This document shows, in pieces, positions 1-11,034 of a stretch of DNA of 32,923 nt. Positions within the stretch are counted from its first letter, which is position 1, and every line of letters starts with the position of its first letter. The translations under genes were made by a program, and so were the position numbers. The stretch is from Macrostomum lignano (lineage: Eukaryota), in contig NIVC01004864.1 in the NCBI GenBank assembly GCA_002269645.1, positions 1 to 32,923 of the forward strand, read 5' to 3'. The notes under the pieces are model-generated. The model saw only the letters and a program-made list of their open reading frames with translations. It had not been told where the DNA came from and made no database searches.

Positions 1-572
1 ATTCCAGAATTACACCTGGGAAATCCCAAATACCAGAATTAGATCTGGGAATTCCGAATTGCAGAATTAGACTTGGAATTCCCAAATACCAGAATTAGAC
101 CTGGAATTCCCAAATACCAGAATTAGACCTGGGAATTCCCAAATACCAGAATTAGACCTGGGAATTCCCAAATACCAGAATTAGACCTGGGAATTCCTGA
201 ATGCCAGAATTAGACCTGGGAATTCCCGAATTGCAGAATTAGACTTGGGAATTCCCAAATACCAGAATTAGACCTGGGAATTCCCAAATACCAGAATTAG
301 ACCTGGGAATTCCCAAATACCAGAATTAGACCTGGAATTCCCAAATACCAGAATTAGACCTGGAAATTCCTGAATGCCAGAATTAGACCTGGGAATTCCC
401 GAATTGCAGAATTAGACTTGGGAATTCCCAAATACCAGAATTAGACCTGGGAATTCCCAAATACCAGAATTAGACCTGGGAATTCCCAAATACCAGAATT
501 AGACCTGGGAATTCCTGAATGCCAGAATTAGACCTGGGAATTCCCGAATGCCAGAATTAGACCTGGGAATTC
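1..572. repeat. 29-bp tandem minisatellite (GGGAATTCCCAAATACCAGAATTAGACCT), about 19 copies, intronic
   Basis: Period 29 (e.g. GGGAATTCCC at 131 and 160). It lies upstream of a splice acceptor at 689-690 and runs off the window start. Confidence 0.95.
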
Positions 573-690
573 CTAATATTCAATTATAATTTAATCTCCT
601 TTTTCAGAATTTGTTATTCAAAATCCAAATTTTCGAGATTCCCTGGCCAAATTCCTAATTTAACAGCCAGAATCCCCCCCTGTTATCCAG

Positions 691-1305
691 GTACGGACCG
701 GTGCAGTTCGCCCTGAACTCCGACATCACAATCCACGGCCTGATGCCCAGCACGGACTACAGCATCCGGGTCAGGGCCAGAAATGCTGTAGGCGTCACGG
801 CCGACAACATGCAGCTACCGTTGCAGATTCGAACCAAGGACCGAGGCTCGCCCGATCCCGTGATCTTCCTGTCGTCGAACCGCAGCACCTACCCGTACAG
901 CCAAACGCTGCGCTGGAAGGTGCCGGTCAACGGCGGAGACCCCCTGGTGGGCTACGAGATCCGCGTCCGGCCGGTGTTCTACGACCCGGCCAGGCGGGCC
1001 ATCACCGGCTACAAGGGCGGCTGGATTCTCTACGGCCGCCGTTCTACAATCCGTACCTGAGCGAGTACCGAGTCACCGATCTGGAGGCCAGTACCTGGTA
1101 CGAGGCCGAGATCAAAGCGCTGTCGCGGGTTGGCGAGTCGCAGACTCAGCGCACCGTGTTTCTGACCGCCGCCCCTGACGCTCTGGGCCGGCCGGATCGC
1201 GTGCTGAGCCGGGCGCCGCCAGCTCTGGCGCCGTCCTGGCGCGGCGCTCTGCTGACGGCGGCGCTGCTTGCCGCACGGCTGCCTTTGACTGGCGGCTTCC
1301 TTTGA
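691..1305 (+). CDS. Terminal exon of an FN3-domain cell-adhesion protein (NCAM/Fasciclin-2-like) with a hydrophobic GPI-type C-terminus; one frameshift near 1022-1042
   Basis: Acceptor TTATCCAG|G at 690. FN3 signatures are TIHGLMPSTDYSIRVRARNAVG and LRWKVPVNGGDPLVGYEIRVRP. After a one-base frame change the second FN3 completes as FYNPYLSEYRVTDLEASTWYEAEIKALSRVGES. The frame ends WRGALLTAALLAARLPLTGGFL-TGA (1303-1305). Confidence 0.75.
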   Translation, partial: VRTGAVRPELRHHNPRPDAQHGLQHPGQGQKCCRRHGRQHAATVADSNQGPRLARSRDLPVVEPQHLPVQPNAALEGAGQRRRPPGGLRDPRPAGVLRPGQAGHHRLQGRLDSLRPPFYNPYLSEYRVTDLEASTWYEAEIKALSRVGESQTQRTVFLTAAPDALGRPDRVLSRAPPALAPSWRGALLTAALLAARLPLTGGFL

Positions 1306-1339
1306 TGCTGCGACTTTGTCCGACCAGTTTACAGTGGGA

Positions 1340-1700
1340 TAATTTTCGGGAATTCCCCAGCTTTTGCCAGGTTATTTTTGGAATACATCAAGGAAACCCC
1401 GGAGATTCCTAAGTAGGGGACAGTTCGTAATGGGATTCCCCTTAATTTTTTGACGGCTCCACAGAATTTTGTATTATTTCCTTTCCCTGGAAAGTATTCT
1501 TAAACCTGTGAGAATTACCTTCCGGATTCTCCAGGTTATTTTTATAATCTACCAAGAAACCCCGCAGATTCCCTCACGGGTCAATTTTTAATGGGATTCA
1601 CCTAAATATCCTTACGGCTCAGCAGAATTCTATTATTTAGTTATCCACCGAAAAGTCCAAGAATTACCTTCAGGATTTTCCAGGCTATTTTTAGAAGTCG
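1340..1700. repeat. Degenerate 150-165-bp tandem duplication, about 2.3 copies
   Basis: CCAGG(T/C)TATTTTT recurs at 1367, 1531 and 1680. The first two copies share downstream blocks (AAACCCC-AGATTCC, TAATGGGATTC, ACGGCTC-CAGAATT). Confidence 0.6.
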
Positions 1701-2278
1701 GAAATTGAGACAAAAACATATCCATGATGGCGATGAACTTGCCGTCAATCGCTTTTTTTTCATAAATATCTGTCTTTTATACAATACTTAGCCGTTTAAT
1801 TGGCAATGCAATTAGCTTATTCAACCGCGTTCATGTGCATGAACTGCTAACTCTAATTAGGAGTGCCACGATTCATGAATTTACAGTACAATTGTTAATT
1901 TTATTGCAAAATTGATTTTACCTGCGCTAAGCTCAGCATTCCAATGTATAATCTATTGTTTATTGTTTTACCAAAACCGCCTGCCAGGGGACAATTTCAA
2001 GTTGCCCCTCAGTTACCGAACGGAACATTTTGATACGACGGCACTTTTATATCGCCTATTTACAGTGTACATATTGTGCCCCTTTGTATTGCACACCTGT
2101 AAATGCAGCTTGTTGATACATTCCCCTATATCAGAGAATCGCTTCGATCTGTGCGTATTATTTATTGATAAATATACTAATTGTACTACTGATCAGCGTG
2201 CCGTGCGGACATTGCTGTCTATATTTGCGTGCGCATCGGAAACTGACCATGAATTTTCTTCGGAAACTTGTTCTGCTC

Positions 2279-2357
<79 letters not shown>

Positions 2358-2376
2358 GTCTGCCTGTCTGTCTGCC

Positions 2377-2409
<33 letters not shown>

Positions 2410-2440
2410 GCCTGTCTGTCTGCCTGTCTGTCTGTCTGCC

Positions 2441-2473
<33 letters not shown>

Positions 2474-2516
2474 GCCTTTCTGTCTGTCTGTCTGCCTGTC
2501 TGTCTGTCTGTCTGCC

Positions 2517-2553
<37 letters not shown>

Positions 2554-2612
2554 GCCTTTCTGTCTGCCTGTCTGTCTGTCTGTCTGTCTGCCTGTCTGTC
2601 TGTCTGTCTCTG

Positions 2613-2651
<39 letters not shown>

Positions 2652-2682
2652 GCCTGTCTGTCTGCCTGTCTGTCTGTCTCTG

Positions 2683-2715
<33 letters not shown>

Positions 2716-2766
2716 GCCTTTCTGTCTGCCTGTCTGTCTGTCTGTCTGCCTGTCTGTCTGTCTCTG

Positions 2767-2797
<31 letters not shown>

Positions 2798-2815
2798 GCC
2801 TGTCTGTCTGCCTGT
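2279..2815. repeat. (TCTG)n microsatellite with TGCC variants
   Basis: Directly visible; source of the LSVC/QTDR ORFs. Confidence 0.97.
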
Positions 2816-3791
2816 CCGAGCACAGGAGTGAGCAGGCGATGCCTCAAGCAGTTTGCCAGTCACGCTCGCAGCCTCGGTGCCGCAGTGCAGCGGGAATCAG
2901 AGGCTCGGCCTGCATTCTGAAGAGCCGGCGGGCCGAGCAATCAAAGGGCTGCCTGATTAGGCAGGAAACTCGCAAGGAGAGCGAGCAGGGAAGCGTGCGA
3001 AAGGCTGGTTTTGAATTCGGTATGAGCTCCGGCGGGTGGTGCAGGGGATGAGAATGAAACTCAAAGCTCGGTGCCGCTGTTTATCTGAGCACTATGGAGA
3101 GAGAGAGAGGGGGGGCTGCTGGATGCTGAGCACAGTTGGGAATTTAGATAAAGAGGCCAGTGGCAGCCGGTAGGGGGAGCGGCATGAGGGCATCGGATTT
3201 CCAATTGTTGAGCCCGAGCTGCCCGCCAGCAAAGTGCAGTCCCGGCGGTTTGTTGACCCAACCCGTCTCAGTCCCGGCGCACTGCTTATTCCGTGCTGGC
3301 CGGTCTCTGCGCCCACCGCTTATCCCTTCAAGGCCGAAATAAGAGATCCCTATTGAAAGAAAAGTGCTTCGAGCTCTTCCGCATCACAGGGAATTGGGAT
3401 TTGGGATCTCCCGAGCTGCCATGGCTCTTTTATAAGGATCTGAAATGTAGGGGAAAGGATAGAATGGGACTCCAGGGCTGCTAACGCATGCAAGTTGTGT
3501 GCAGCCTGCCTTCGTTCCGTGTCCAGTCAGGCAACTTGCTGCCCGATTTTCAACTGGGGCTTTTGAGAGCCGGACAGTTGGGAATTGCAAGGGGAATATT
3601 GATGCGGCGAGCGGGCTGCTCCTCTGGGCTGTGCGGAGAGAGAATTTTTTATGGCGACTGCATCGGCCGCTTGTGTGGGTGATGCGGCCTGAGCTGGCGG
3701 GCTTGGGGTTGGGGTTCTGTGCTAACATTGGCGATGGGTTCGGGATGGGATTCGGGGTGGGTTTCAGATTGGTTTAAGGATGCATGGGTTC

Positions 3792-3839
3792 ACAGACAGG
3801 CAGACAGACAGACAGACAGACAGACAGACAGGCAGGCAG

Positions 3840-3871
<32 letters not shown>

Positions 3872-3966
3872 GCAGACAGACAGACAGACAGGCAGGCAGA
3901 CAGGCAGGCAGACAGGCAGGCCGGCAGGCAGGCAGGCAGGCAGACAGTCAGCAGACAGACAGGCAG
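3792..3966. repeat. (CAGA)n/(CAGG)n microsatellite, the reverse complement of the 2279-2815 array
   Basis: Directly visible. Confidence 0.95.
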
Positions 3967-4934
3967 GTCCTTAGCTGCAGTCATGACCCGCAGCGCTGAG
4001 CATCTGTAGCGAGAGCTCCCCAAAGCGCCCCCAAAGAGCTCCTGGCAGGCCCGCATTGAAGTATCGACTTGGACAGCCCCCCGCTGCTGAGTCCCAGCCG
4101 CTGGAGAGGGGAAGAGACGGGCGGATTGGGGAAAGATAAATCTTCTTTTGATAGACAGAAAAGAGAGGGAGGACAGAAGGCTGCAAGGAGAGGAGAGGGG
4201 AGACCTTGGAGCATCGCAGTGCGCCCCCCGAGGCTGGGGCATTCTGGGCCAGCCCAGGCTAGCGGGTTCGATATTTGGAGCGGGGAAGGCGGGCAGGCAG
4301 GGAAGGGATGAGGCGCTGGCACCCACTTGGAGCCGGCTGAGTCGGCCAGCTATCTCTGCCCCCCCCGCCGCTGTGTATCCAACAAGCCCGGCAACTGGCC
4401 TGGCATTCCCTCTTTTTTCTCCCAACATCTTGCCGGCCAGCCCCCTCTGTAGCTGGGTTTCCCTCCTGGACAGCAGCGGACAGCCTGGAGACCTCCCTGG
4501 CGACAGCGGCTCGGGCTGCAGGGGAGACACAACCATGAAGAAATGGATGGACAAAAAAGCAGAGCATAGCAAAGCTCGAGATTGAGATGAAAGAGCGAGG
4601 CGGGGGACGGAGAGAGAGGGGGCGCAGCGGCAAAAGTGCAGCGACAGCAGGGGGGGCAGAAATGGGAAGGTCGAGTTTCTGGCTCTGCGAACAGGGAGGC
4701 CCGGAGCAAGGAGCGCTTGAGCTGGGATCTGGAGCAGCACCAACTCTCGCGCAGACGTGATGGAGCCGTGGCAGCCAATTGTTCATCCTGACTTCCATTT
4801 CGTTGAGCCAGCAGGTTTTCATCGATTTTTGTCTTCGTTGGGGCGACAAGCCATTTAGTTTCAATTTCCAACAAGATTTTTTGAGGAAACACGATCAAGA
4901 CCCTCTCTTGATTGAGGGGTCAATACCTAACGGG

Positions 4935-5330
4935 GAGCGGACTCGGGGGTCAAGACCCAAAGGGAGGCGGATTCAGGGGGTCAATACCCAAAGGGAGGTG
5001 GATTCAGGGGGTCAATACCCAAAAGGAGGTGGATTCAGGGGGTCAATACCCAAAGGGAGGTGGATTCAGGGGGTCAATACCCAAAGGGAGGTGGATTCAG
5101 GGGGTCAATACCCAAATGAGGGCGGATTCAGGGGGTCAATACCCAAAGGGAGGTGGATTCAGGGGGTCAATACCCAAATGAGGGCGGATTCAGGGGGTCA
5201 AGACCCAAATGAGGGCGGATTCAGGGGGTCAAGACCCAAAGGGGACGGATTCCGGGGTCAAGACCCAAATGAGGGCGGATTCCGAGGGTCAAGACCCAAA
5301 TGAGGGCGGACTCAGGGGGTCAAGACCCAA
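4935..5330. repeat. 31-bp G-rich minisatellite (GGATTCAGGGGGTCAATACCCAAAGGGAGGT), about 12 copies
   Basis: Period 31 (TCAATACCC at 4981 and 5012). Confidence 0.93.
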
Positions 5331-5801
5331 AGAGGGGCCTCCTTGCCCCTCCTGGTTGCGCCTCTGATGTCAATGCCAGAAGGGCAGTCGGTGCCTGAGC
5401 AGTCATGGAGCTCTGAGCAGTTTCACGTGAGCTAAGAAGCTAAGAATAAGAAGAATAAGATTCTGGGGAGAGCTGGGGCACCCCAGGTTCTGGCTGAAGG
5501 CCTCCATGGCTAGGGGGGAGGCCGGGCCACACAGAAATGTGGGGAGGGGGAGAGCAAGGAAAGCGGGGGCTGGGATGGAACGGGGCGAGTCGCATTGCCG
5601 GGTGGGGGCGGGCCGCTCGCACCCGTGCCTGCCAGCCAATATAGCGAGCGGCTCAGCTCGGGCCGAGAGCCCCGGGACGGAGCGCGCCGTTACAGCTGGT
5701 TCGCAGCTCGCCAGATCCGTGACCTGAGCTGACACGCCACCGAGCTTGTAAGCGAGCTGGGCACCGAGAAACTGCCGCGCCACCAGCTTTCAGCGGCCGC
5801 T

Positions 5802-8800
5802 TTGGCCGTCGCAGTCACCGTCGTCGCGACGGTCACCGGCGCCAGCGCGCTGGAGTCGTCAGCCGCAGCCGAAGTGACGCCGTTGGCCAACGACTCGGCA
5901 GCTGCTGCGGCGGCGGCCGACCTGCCGAATGGTCGCGACTGCGTCAGCCAGCGCAAGTGGTACATCTTCCTGGCCAGCAGCGGCATTGTGCTGTTCGGAG
6001 GCGTCACGTTCGTGATGCTCTACCGCCTGCTGGGATGTCTGGCCGACCGCCTCGCCGGGCCCACCAAGGACGCCGCCGACGAAGACGAGGACGAGGCCGC
6101 CGGGGAGGAGGCAGGCAAGTCGGGCGCGCCCGCAGGCGGCGGCCTGGCCAAGGACGACGACGAAGACGCGGACGGGGAAGCTGCGGCGGAGGCGGCGGTC
6201 GCGGCAGCCTCGGAGGCTGTGGAGATCGGCTGGCTGACGGAGGCGAAGGACTGGGCGGGCGAGCTGATCTCCGGCCAGACCACCACGGGCCGCATCCTGG
6301 TGGTGCTGGTCTTCGTGGTGAGCATCGCCTCCCTGGTGGTCTACATCATCGACACCGGCCGGATGTCGGAGACCGAGGAGTGCGTCCGCTGGGTGGACAG
6401 CCTGTCGCAGCAGGTGGACCTGGCGTTCAACGTCATCTTCCTGATCTACTTCTTCATCCGGTTCATCGCTGCGCAGGACAAGCTGTGGTTCTGGTTCGAG
6501 ATGTTCTCGCTGGTGGACATCCTCACCATACCACCGTCCTTCGTGGCCATCTACCTGAACCGCACCTGGATCGGGCTGCGCTCCACCCGCGCTCTGCGCA
6601 TCCTCAGCCTGCCAGACGTGCTGCAGTACCTGAACGTGCTCAAGACCAGCACGAGCATCCGGCTGTTCCAGCTCATCACCTTCTTCGCCTCGCTGGTGCT
6701 CACCGCGGCCGGCTTCGTGCACCTGATTGAGAACTCGGGCGACCCGCCCTACTTTGACAACCGAAACCGCAGCTTCAACATGTCCTACCCGACCTGCATT
6801 TACTTCGTCATCGTCACCATGTCGACGGTGGGATACGGCGACGTCTACTGCACCACCACCACGGGCCGCATCTTGTCCGCCCTGGTGATCATGGGCGGCC
6901 TGGCCGTGTTCGCTAACTCCATCCCGGAGATTGCCGACATCCTCAGCTCGCGCAACAAGTACGGCGGCTACTTCCGCAAGGAGGCCGGCAAGCAGCACAT
7001 TGTGCTGTGCGGCCACATCACCTACGAGTCCGTGGCCAACTTCCTCGGCGACTTCCTGCACGAGGACCGCGAAGACGTTGACGTCCAGATTGTGATTCTG
7101 GACAAGCACGTGCCCGACCTGGAGCTGCAGGGCCTGTTCAAGCGCCACTTCACCCAGGTGGAGTTCTTCCAGGGCTCCGTGATGAACTCCAAGGACCTGT
7201 GCCGCGTGGGCCTGGAGACGGCGGACGCCTGCCTGGTGCTGGCCAACAAGTACTGCCCCGACCCGGATGCTGAGGACGCGGCAAACATCATGCGCGTGAT
7301 CTCGATCAAGAACTTCTGCGACCGGATCAAGGTGATCATCCAGCTGATGCAGTACCACAACAAGACCTACCTGCTGAACATCCCCAGCTGGGACTGGAAG
7401 CAGGGCGACGATGCCGTCTGCGTCGCCGAGTTGAAGCTGGGCTTCCTGGCGCAGAGCTGCCTGGCGTTCGGCTTCTCCACCCTGCTGGCCAACCTATTCA
7501 CCATGCGCAGCTACAAGGACGACAAGGCCATGCCGAAGTGGCTCAACAACTACCTGGAGGGCGCCGGCATGGAGATGTACACCGAGTACCTGTCGCCGGC
7601 GTTCGACGGGCTGACCTTCCCGATGGCCGCTGAGCTGTGCTTCACCAAGCTGCGGCTGCTGCTGATCGCCGTCGAGGCCAAGAACGACCAGGGCACAGAG
7701 AGCTGCATCGCCATCAACCCCAAGGAGAACATCCGCATCGAGCAGGGCACGCAGGGCTTCTTCATCGCGCAGTCAGCTGAGGAGGTCAAGAAGGCGTTCT
7801 TCTACTGTAAGCGCTGCCACAGCGACGTGGACGAACCCAGGATGATCAAGAAGTGCCGCTGCAAGGCCTCCAACAAGCTGCCACCGAAGCAGCAGCAGCA
7901 GCAGAGCACAAAGAGCAAGCAGCCGCAGCCGCAGCCGCAGCCGCAGCAGAACTCGCTGACACCCAATCAAGGCGCCGTCCCAGCTGGTGCCAGCGGCAGC
8001 ATCGCCTCGCTGCAGAAGCTGCACGAGCAGCAGAAGCTGGAAAGGAAATTCGACTCGACCGGCATGTTCCACTGGTGCCCGGATGTCAACTTCGACGACG
8101 GAATTCTGGACCGCGAACAGGTGTCCACCACGGTGTACACCAACCACATCGTGGTCTGCTTGTTTGCTGACGCGTCCAGCCCGCTGATCGGCCTGCGCAA
8201 CTTCGTCATGCCGCTGCGGGCGAGCAACTTCCACTTCCACGAGCTCAAGCACATCATCTTCGTGGGCAACCTGGACTACATGCGGCGGGAGTGGAAGACG
8301 CTGATGAACTTCCCGAAGCTCAGCATCTTCCCGGGCTCGCCGCTCAACCGATCCAACCTGAGGGCGGTGAACATCAACCTGGCCGAGATCTGCATCGTGC
8401 TCAGCTCGAAGCAGAACTCAAACATGGACGACCCGACCCTGGTGGACAAGGAGGCCATCCTGTGCTCGCTGAACATCAAGGCGATGAAGTTCGACGCCAA
8501 CCACGCGGTTGGCGGTCCGGAACCGCCCGTCGCCACGTCCTCGTCCGGCGCAGTCGCCGGCTTCGACGCGCTGTCCGTGCGCATCCTCACCGAGCTGGCC
8601 GTGGACGACAACGTGCAGTTCCTCGACCAGGACGACGATGACGACCCTGACATCGAACTGTACATGACGCAGCCGTTCGCCTGCGGCACAGCCTTTGCTG
8701 TCAGCGTGCTCGACTCGCTCATGAGCACCGCCTACTTCAACGAGAACGCGCTGACACTCATCCGGACCCTCATCACGGGCGGGGCGACCCCGGAGCTGGA

Positions 8801-9299
8801 GCAGATCCTGGCCGAGGGCGCCGGCATCCGCGGCGGCTTCGGCACGCCGGAGTGTCTCGCCAACCGGGACCGGGCCCGCGTGGCGCAGATCCCCATCGAG
8901 GACGAGCGGCTGAGGGAGTTCGGCGGCGCCGCCTACTCGGAGCTGTTCCTCGGGGCGCTGCACAAGCACGGCATCCTGTGCATCGGGCTCTACAGGTTCA
9001 TCACGCCGCCCGAAGATGCCCGGCAGGCTCTCAAGAAGCGCTACGTCATCACCAACCCGCCTGACAAGTTCCCCGTGCTGCCCTCCGACATGGCGGTCTG
9101 CCTGCAGCGGTTCACTGGGCTGCAGCCACAGCAACAGCACCAGCACAGGCATCAAGAGCAGCGACACCAGGCTGCTCGAGCGGCAACGACTCTAGGCGGC
9201 CCGCATCATCACCACCTCCAGCAGCTCCAGCAGCAGCAACAGCAGCAGCCGCCACAAAAGCAGCAGCCGCAGCCACTGTATCATCACCGACCAGCGTGA
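5802..9299 (+). CDS. KCNMA1: Large-conductance Ca2+-activated K+ channel alpha subunit (BK/Slo1), single uninterrupted ORF; true start unresolved
   Basis: S0 is [18 protein letters not shown]4 is GLRSTRALR, the pore is STVGYGD, RCK1 includes DFLHEDRED, the heme motif is CKRCH, and the calcium bowl is [33 protein letters not shown]. The frame is open from 5733 to TGA at 9297-9299. Position 5802 is a TTG; the first in-frame ATG is at 6015. Confidence 0.96.
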   Translation: MAVAVTVVATVTGASALESSAAAEVTPLANDSAAAAAAADLPNGRDCVSQRKWYIFLASSGIVLFGGVTFVMLYRLLGCLADRLAGPTKDAADEDEDEAAGEEAGKSGAPAGGGLAKDDDEDADGEAAAEAAVAAASEAVEIGWLTEAKDWAGELISGQTTTGRILVVLVFVVSIASLVVYIIDTGRMSETEECVRWVDSLSQQVDLAFNVIFLIYFFIRFIAAQDKLWFWFEMFSLVDILTIPPSFVAIYLNRTWIGLRSTRALRILSLPDVLQYLNVLKTSTSIRLFQLITFFASLVLTAAGFVHLIENSGDPPYFDNRNRSFNMSYPTCIYFVIVTMSTVGYGDVYCTTTTGRILSALVIMGGLAVFANSIPEIADILSSRNKYGGYFRKEAGKQHIVLCGHITYESVANFLGDFLHEDREDVDVQIVILDKHVPDLELQGLFKRHFTQVEFFQGSVMNSKDLCRVGLETADACLVLANKYCPDPDAEDAANIMRVISIKNFCDRIKVIIQLMQYHNKTYLLNIPSWDWKQGDDAVCVAELKLGFLAQSCLAFGFSTLLANLFTMRSYKDDKAMPKWLNNYLEGAGMEMYTEYLSPAFDGLTFPMAAELCFTKLRLLLIAVEAKNDQGTESCIAINPKENIRIEQGTQGFFIAQSAEEVKKAFFYCKRCHSDVDEPRMIKKCRCKASNKLPPKQQQQQSTKSKQPQPQPQPQQNSLTPNQGAVPAGASGSIASLQKLHEQQKLERKFDSTGMFHWCPDVNFDDGILDREQVSTTVYTNHIVVCLFADASSPLIGLRNFVMPLRASNFHFHELKHIIFVGNLDYMRREWKTLMNFPKLSIFPGSPLNRSNLRAVNINLAEICIVLSSKQNSNMDDPTLVDKEAILCSLNIKAMKFDANHAVGGPEPPVATSSSGAVAGFDALSVRILTELAVDDNVQFLDQDDDDDPDIELYMTQPFACGTAFAVSVLDSLMSTAYFNENALTLIRTLITGGATPELEQILAEGAGIRGGFGTPECLANRDRARVAQIPIEDERLREFGGAAYSELFLGALHKHGILCIGLYRFITPPEDARQALKKRYVITNPPDKFPVLPSDMAVCLQRFTGLQPQQQHQHRHQEQRHQAARAATTLGGPHHHHLQQLQQQQQQQPPQKQQPQPLYHHRPA

Positions 9300-10250
9300 A
9301 ACGACTGTTGAAACAAGTTTCTATATCTAAGCCACTTTAACGACTGCTGAATGTTTTGAGTTCTCCGGCAATATAATCCAAAGCGAAGTCTTAGAAATTT
9401 GTTATTATTAATCAGGGTAGAATTACCTAGCCCCCCCTGCCTTGTCCCCCTTGTAAGTCATCAGCTACACAGTTCAGCCTCTCCGTAGCCCTGTGGTGTA
9501 ATATTATTTGGGACGGGCTGGGCGACGCAGAGCTCAGGAAGGTTCTCCTGCTCCCCGCTTCTGCCCCCCCCCCCTCTCTCTCAACTCACTCCAGCTTGTT
9601 TCCCAGGCTCAGTTCTGGGAGCAGAGCAGAGCAGCGCACTGCCGCCTAATGGCGCAGGGAGCCTCCCGAGCTCTCGGAGCAGCACGCAGCTCGCTCGCTT
9701 CCGTCCTCGCCCGAAATCTCGACCCCCGGCCGGACTGGGGCTTCGGAACTCTCTCCCCCAATACCCAATTATCCCGCTAATGCGCCCGCCAGCCCCCCCC
9801 CCCCCCCCCCATACGAGCTCGCAAGTCGCGGCCCGAGGATTAGGGAGATTCTAGTCTAGTCAAGGGATCATAAAACAGCTGCAGAAAGCTGCACATCACT
9901 CCTGTACGTGTTCGCACGCCAGCGCTCTTACAGACGCCCCATCACTGTTAGAACTGACTTCTGCTTACCACTGCGAATTGTTTTCTATCTGCGCAGCCCT
10001 CCATACTGGTAGAGTAATAAATCACTTTAGCTAATCGTTGAATGCCACACATTCGCTAAGCCGTACAGTACGAAGCGGTTTGAAAGCATTACGGTACCGT
10101 CTTCACTCGTCAACACGAGTCCAAGAGTGCAAAATTCCGCTTTTCAATAAAAGCACAACTTATGCTCATGGCTATTTTAAGCTGCAGCGCTCTCGCTTGC
10201 TTCTTTGATGTGTCGCTGGTGAATGAACGACAAGCTGTGTTGACTGGATT

Positions 10251-10560
10251 GGATTGCTAATCTAGCCAGCATCACTGATGAAGGATAGAATGGATTGCTA
10301 ATCTAGCCAGCATCACTGATGAAGGAACAGAATGGATTGCTAATCTAGCCAAACATCACTGATGAAGGAATAGAATGGAGATTGCTAATCTAGTCAACGT
10401 CACTGATGAAGGAATAGAATGGATTGCTAATGAAGCCAGCATCACAGATAAAGGAACAGAATGGATCGCTAATCTAGCCAACATCACCGATGAAGGAATA
10501 GAATGGATCGCTAATCTAGCCAACATCACCGATGAAGGAATAGAATGGATTGCTAATCTA
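10251..10560. repeat. 42-bp tandem repeat (GAATGGATTGCTAATCTAGCCAACATCACTGATGAAGGAATA), about 7 copies
   Basis: Visible periodicity of about 42; the early units carry indels. Confidence 0.9.
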
Positions 10561-11034
10561 CCCCCAGGGGTGAAACCAAAGGTATGGGTTTGCAGCCAAC
10601 AAATTTAAAAATAGACGCTACCAAAGCAGATGCAGGGAGAGAAGGAATGGAAAAGTGAGGAGCAGGGGCACAGAGGGGCGGACAGCCCAAGGGCAGTGTG
10701 CGCATCCAACGCATTGGAAAATTAGATTTCTCGTTTGGGAATCGTTTCCTACACTCGCAGCTCCTACGCGAGTTCGGGGCAGCCCCTCAGCTGATCTGGC
10801 ACTGCGATATCCTGCCAATGCGAGTTCCCCCACTGATCCGCAAGCATTGGCTACGGTGAACAGAAAATCCTCAAACGTATTTTTGTTAATCCCTAAAAAA
10901 TAAAATGGTCGACAAATCCTAACGATTAAAAGACGCAAAATCAGTATTAAATGCAAGGAATGTAAAAGCCGGAGCTTTGAAAATTGTGCATGACTTTTAG
11001 ACTAGATATGTAAAATGCCCCTCTCCGTTCCTGC

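Noticed and set aside
1912-3051. Long ORFs (LSVC/QTDR repeats), also at 3719-4743
   Set aside because: Stop-free translations of (TCTG)n/(CAGA)n microsatellites.
4148-4870. GC-rich ORF-like stretch upstream of BK as a possible first coding exon
   Set aside because: Short ORFs in several frames, no similarity to BK N-termini, and no convincing donor that I could tie to the acceptors at 5786/5793.
4779-5303. ORFs over the 31-bp repeat, and similar ORFs at 11015-11597, 20358-20858, 21436-22265 and 23274-23888
   Set aside because: Tandem-repeat translations in all frames with no domain signature.
5859-9167. Antisense ORFs of 499 aa and 249 aa opposite the BK gene
   Set aside because: Shadow ORFs expected from high GC3 codon bias on the coding strand; no recognisable motifs.
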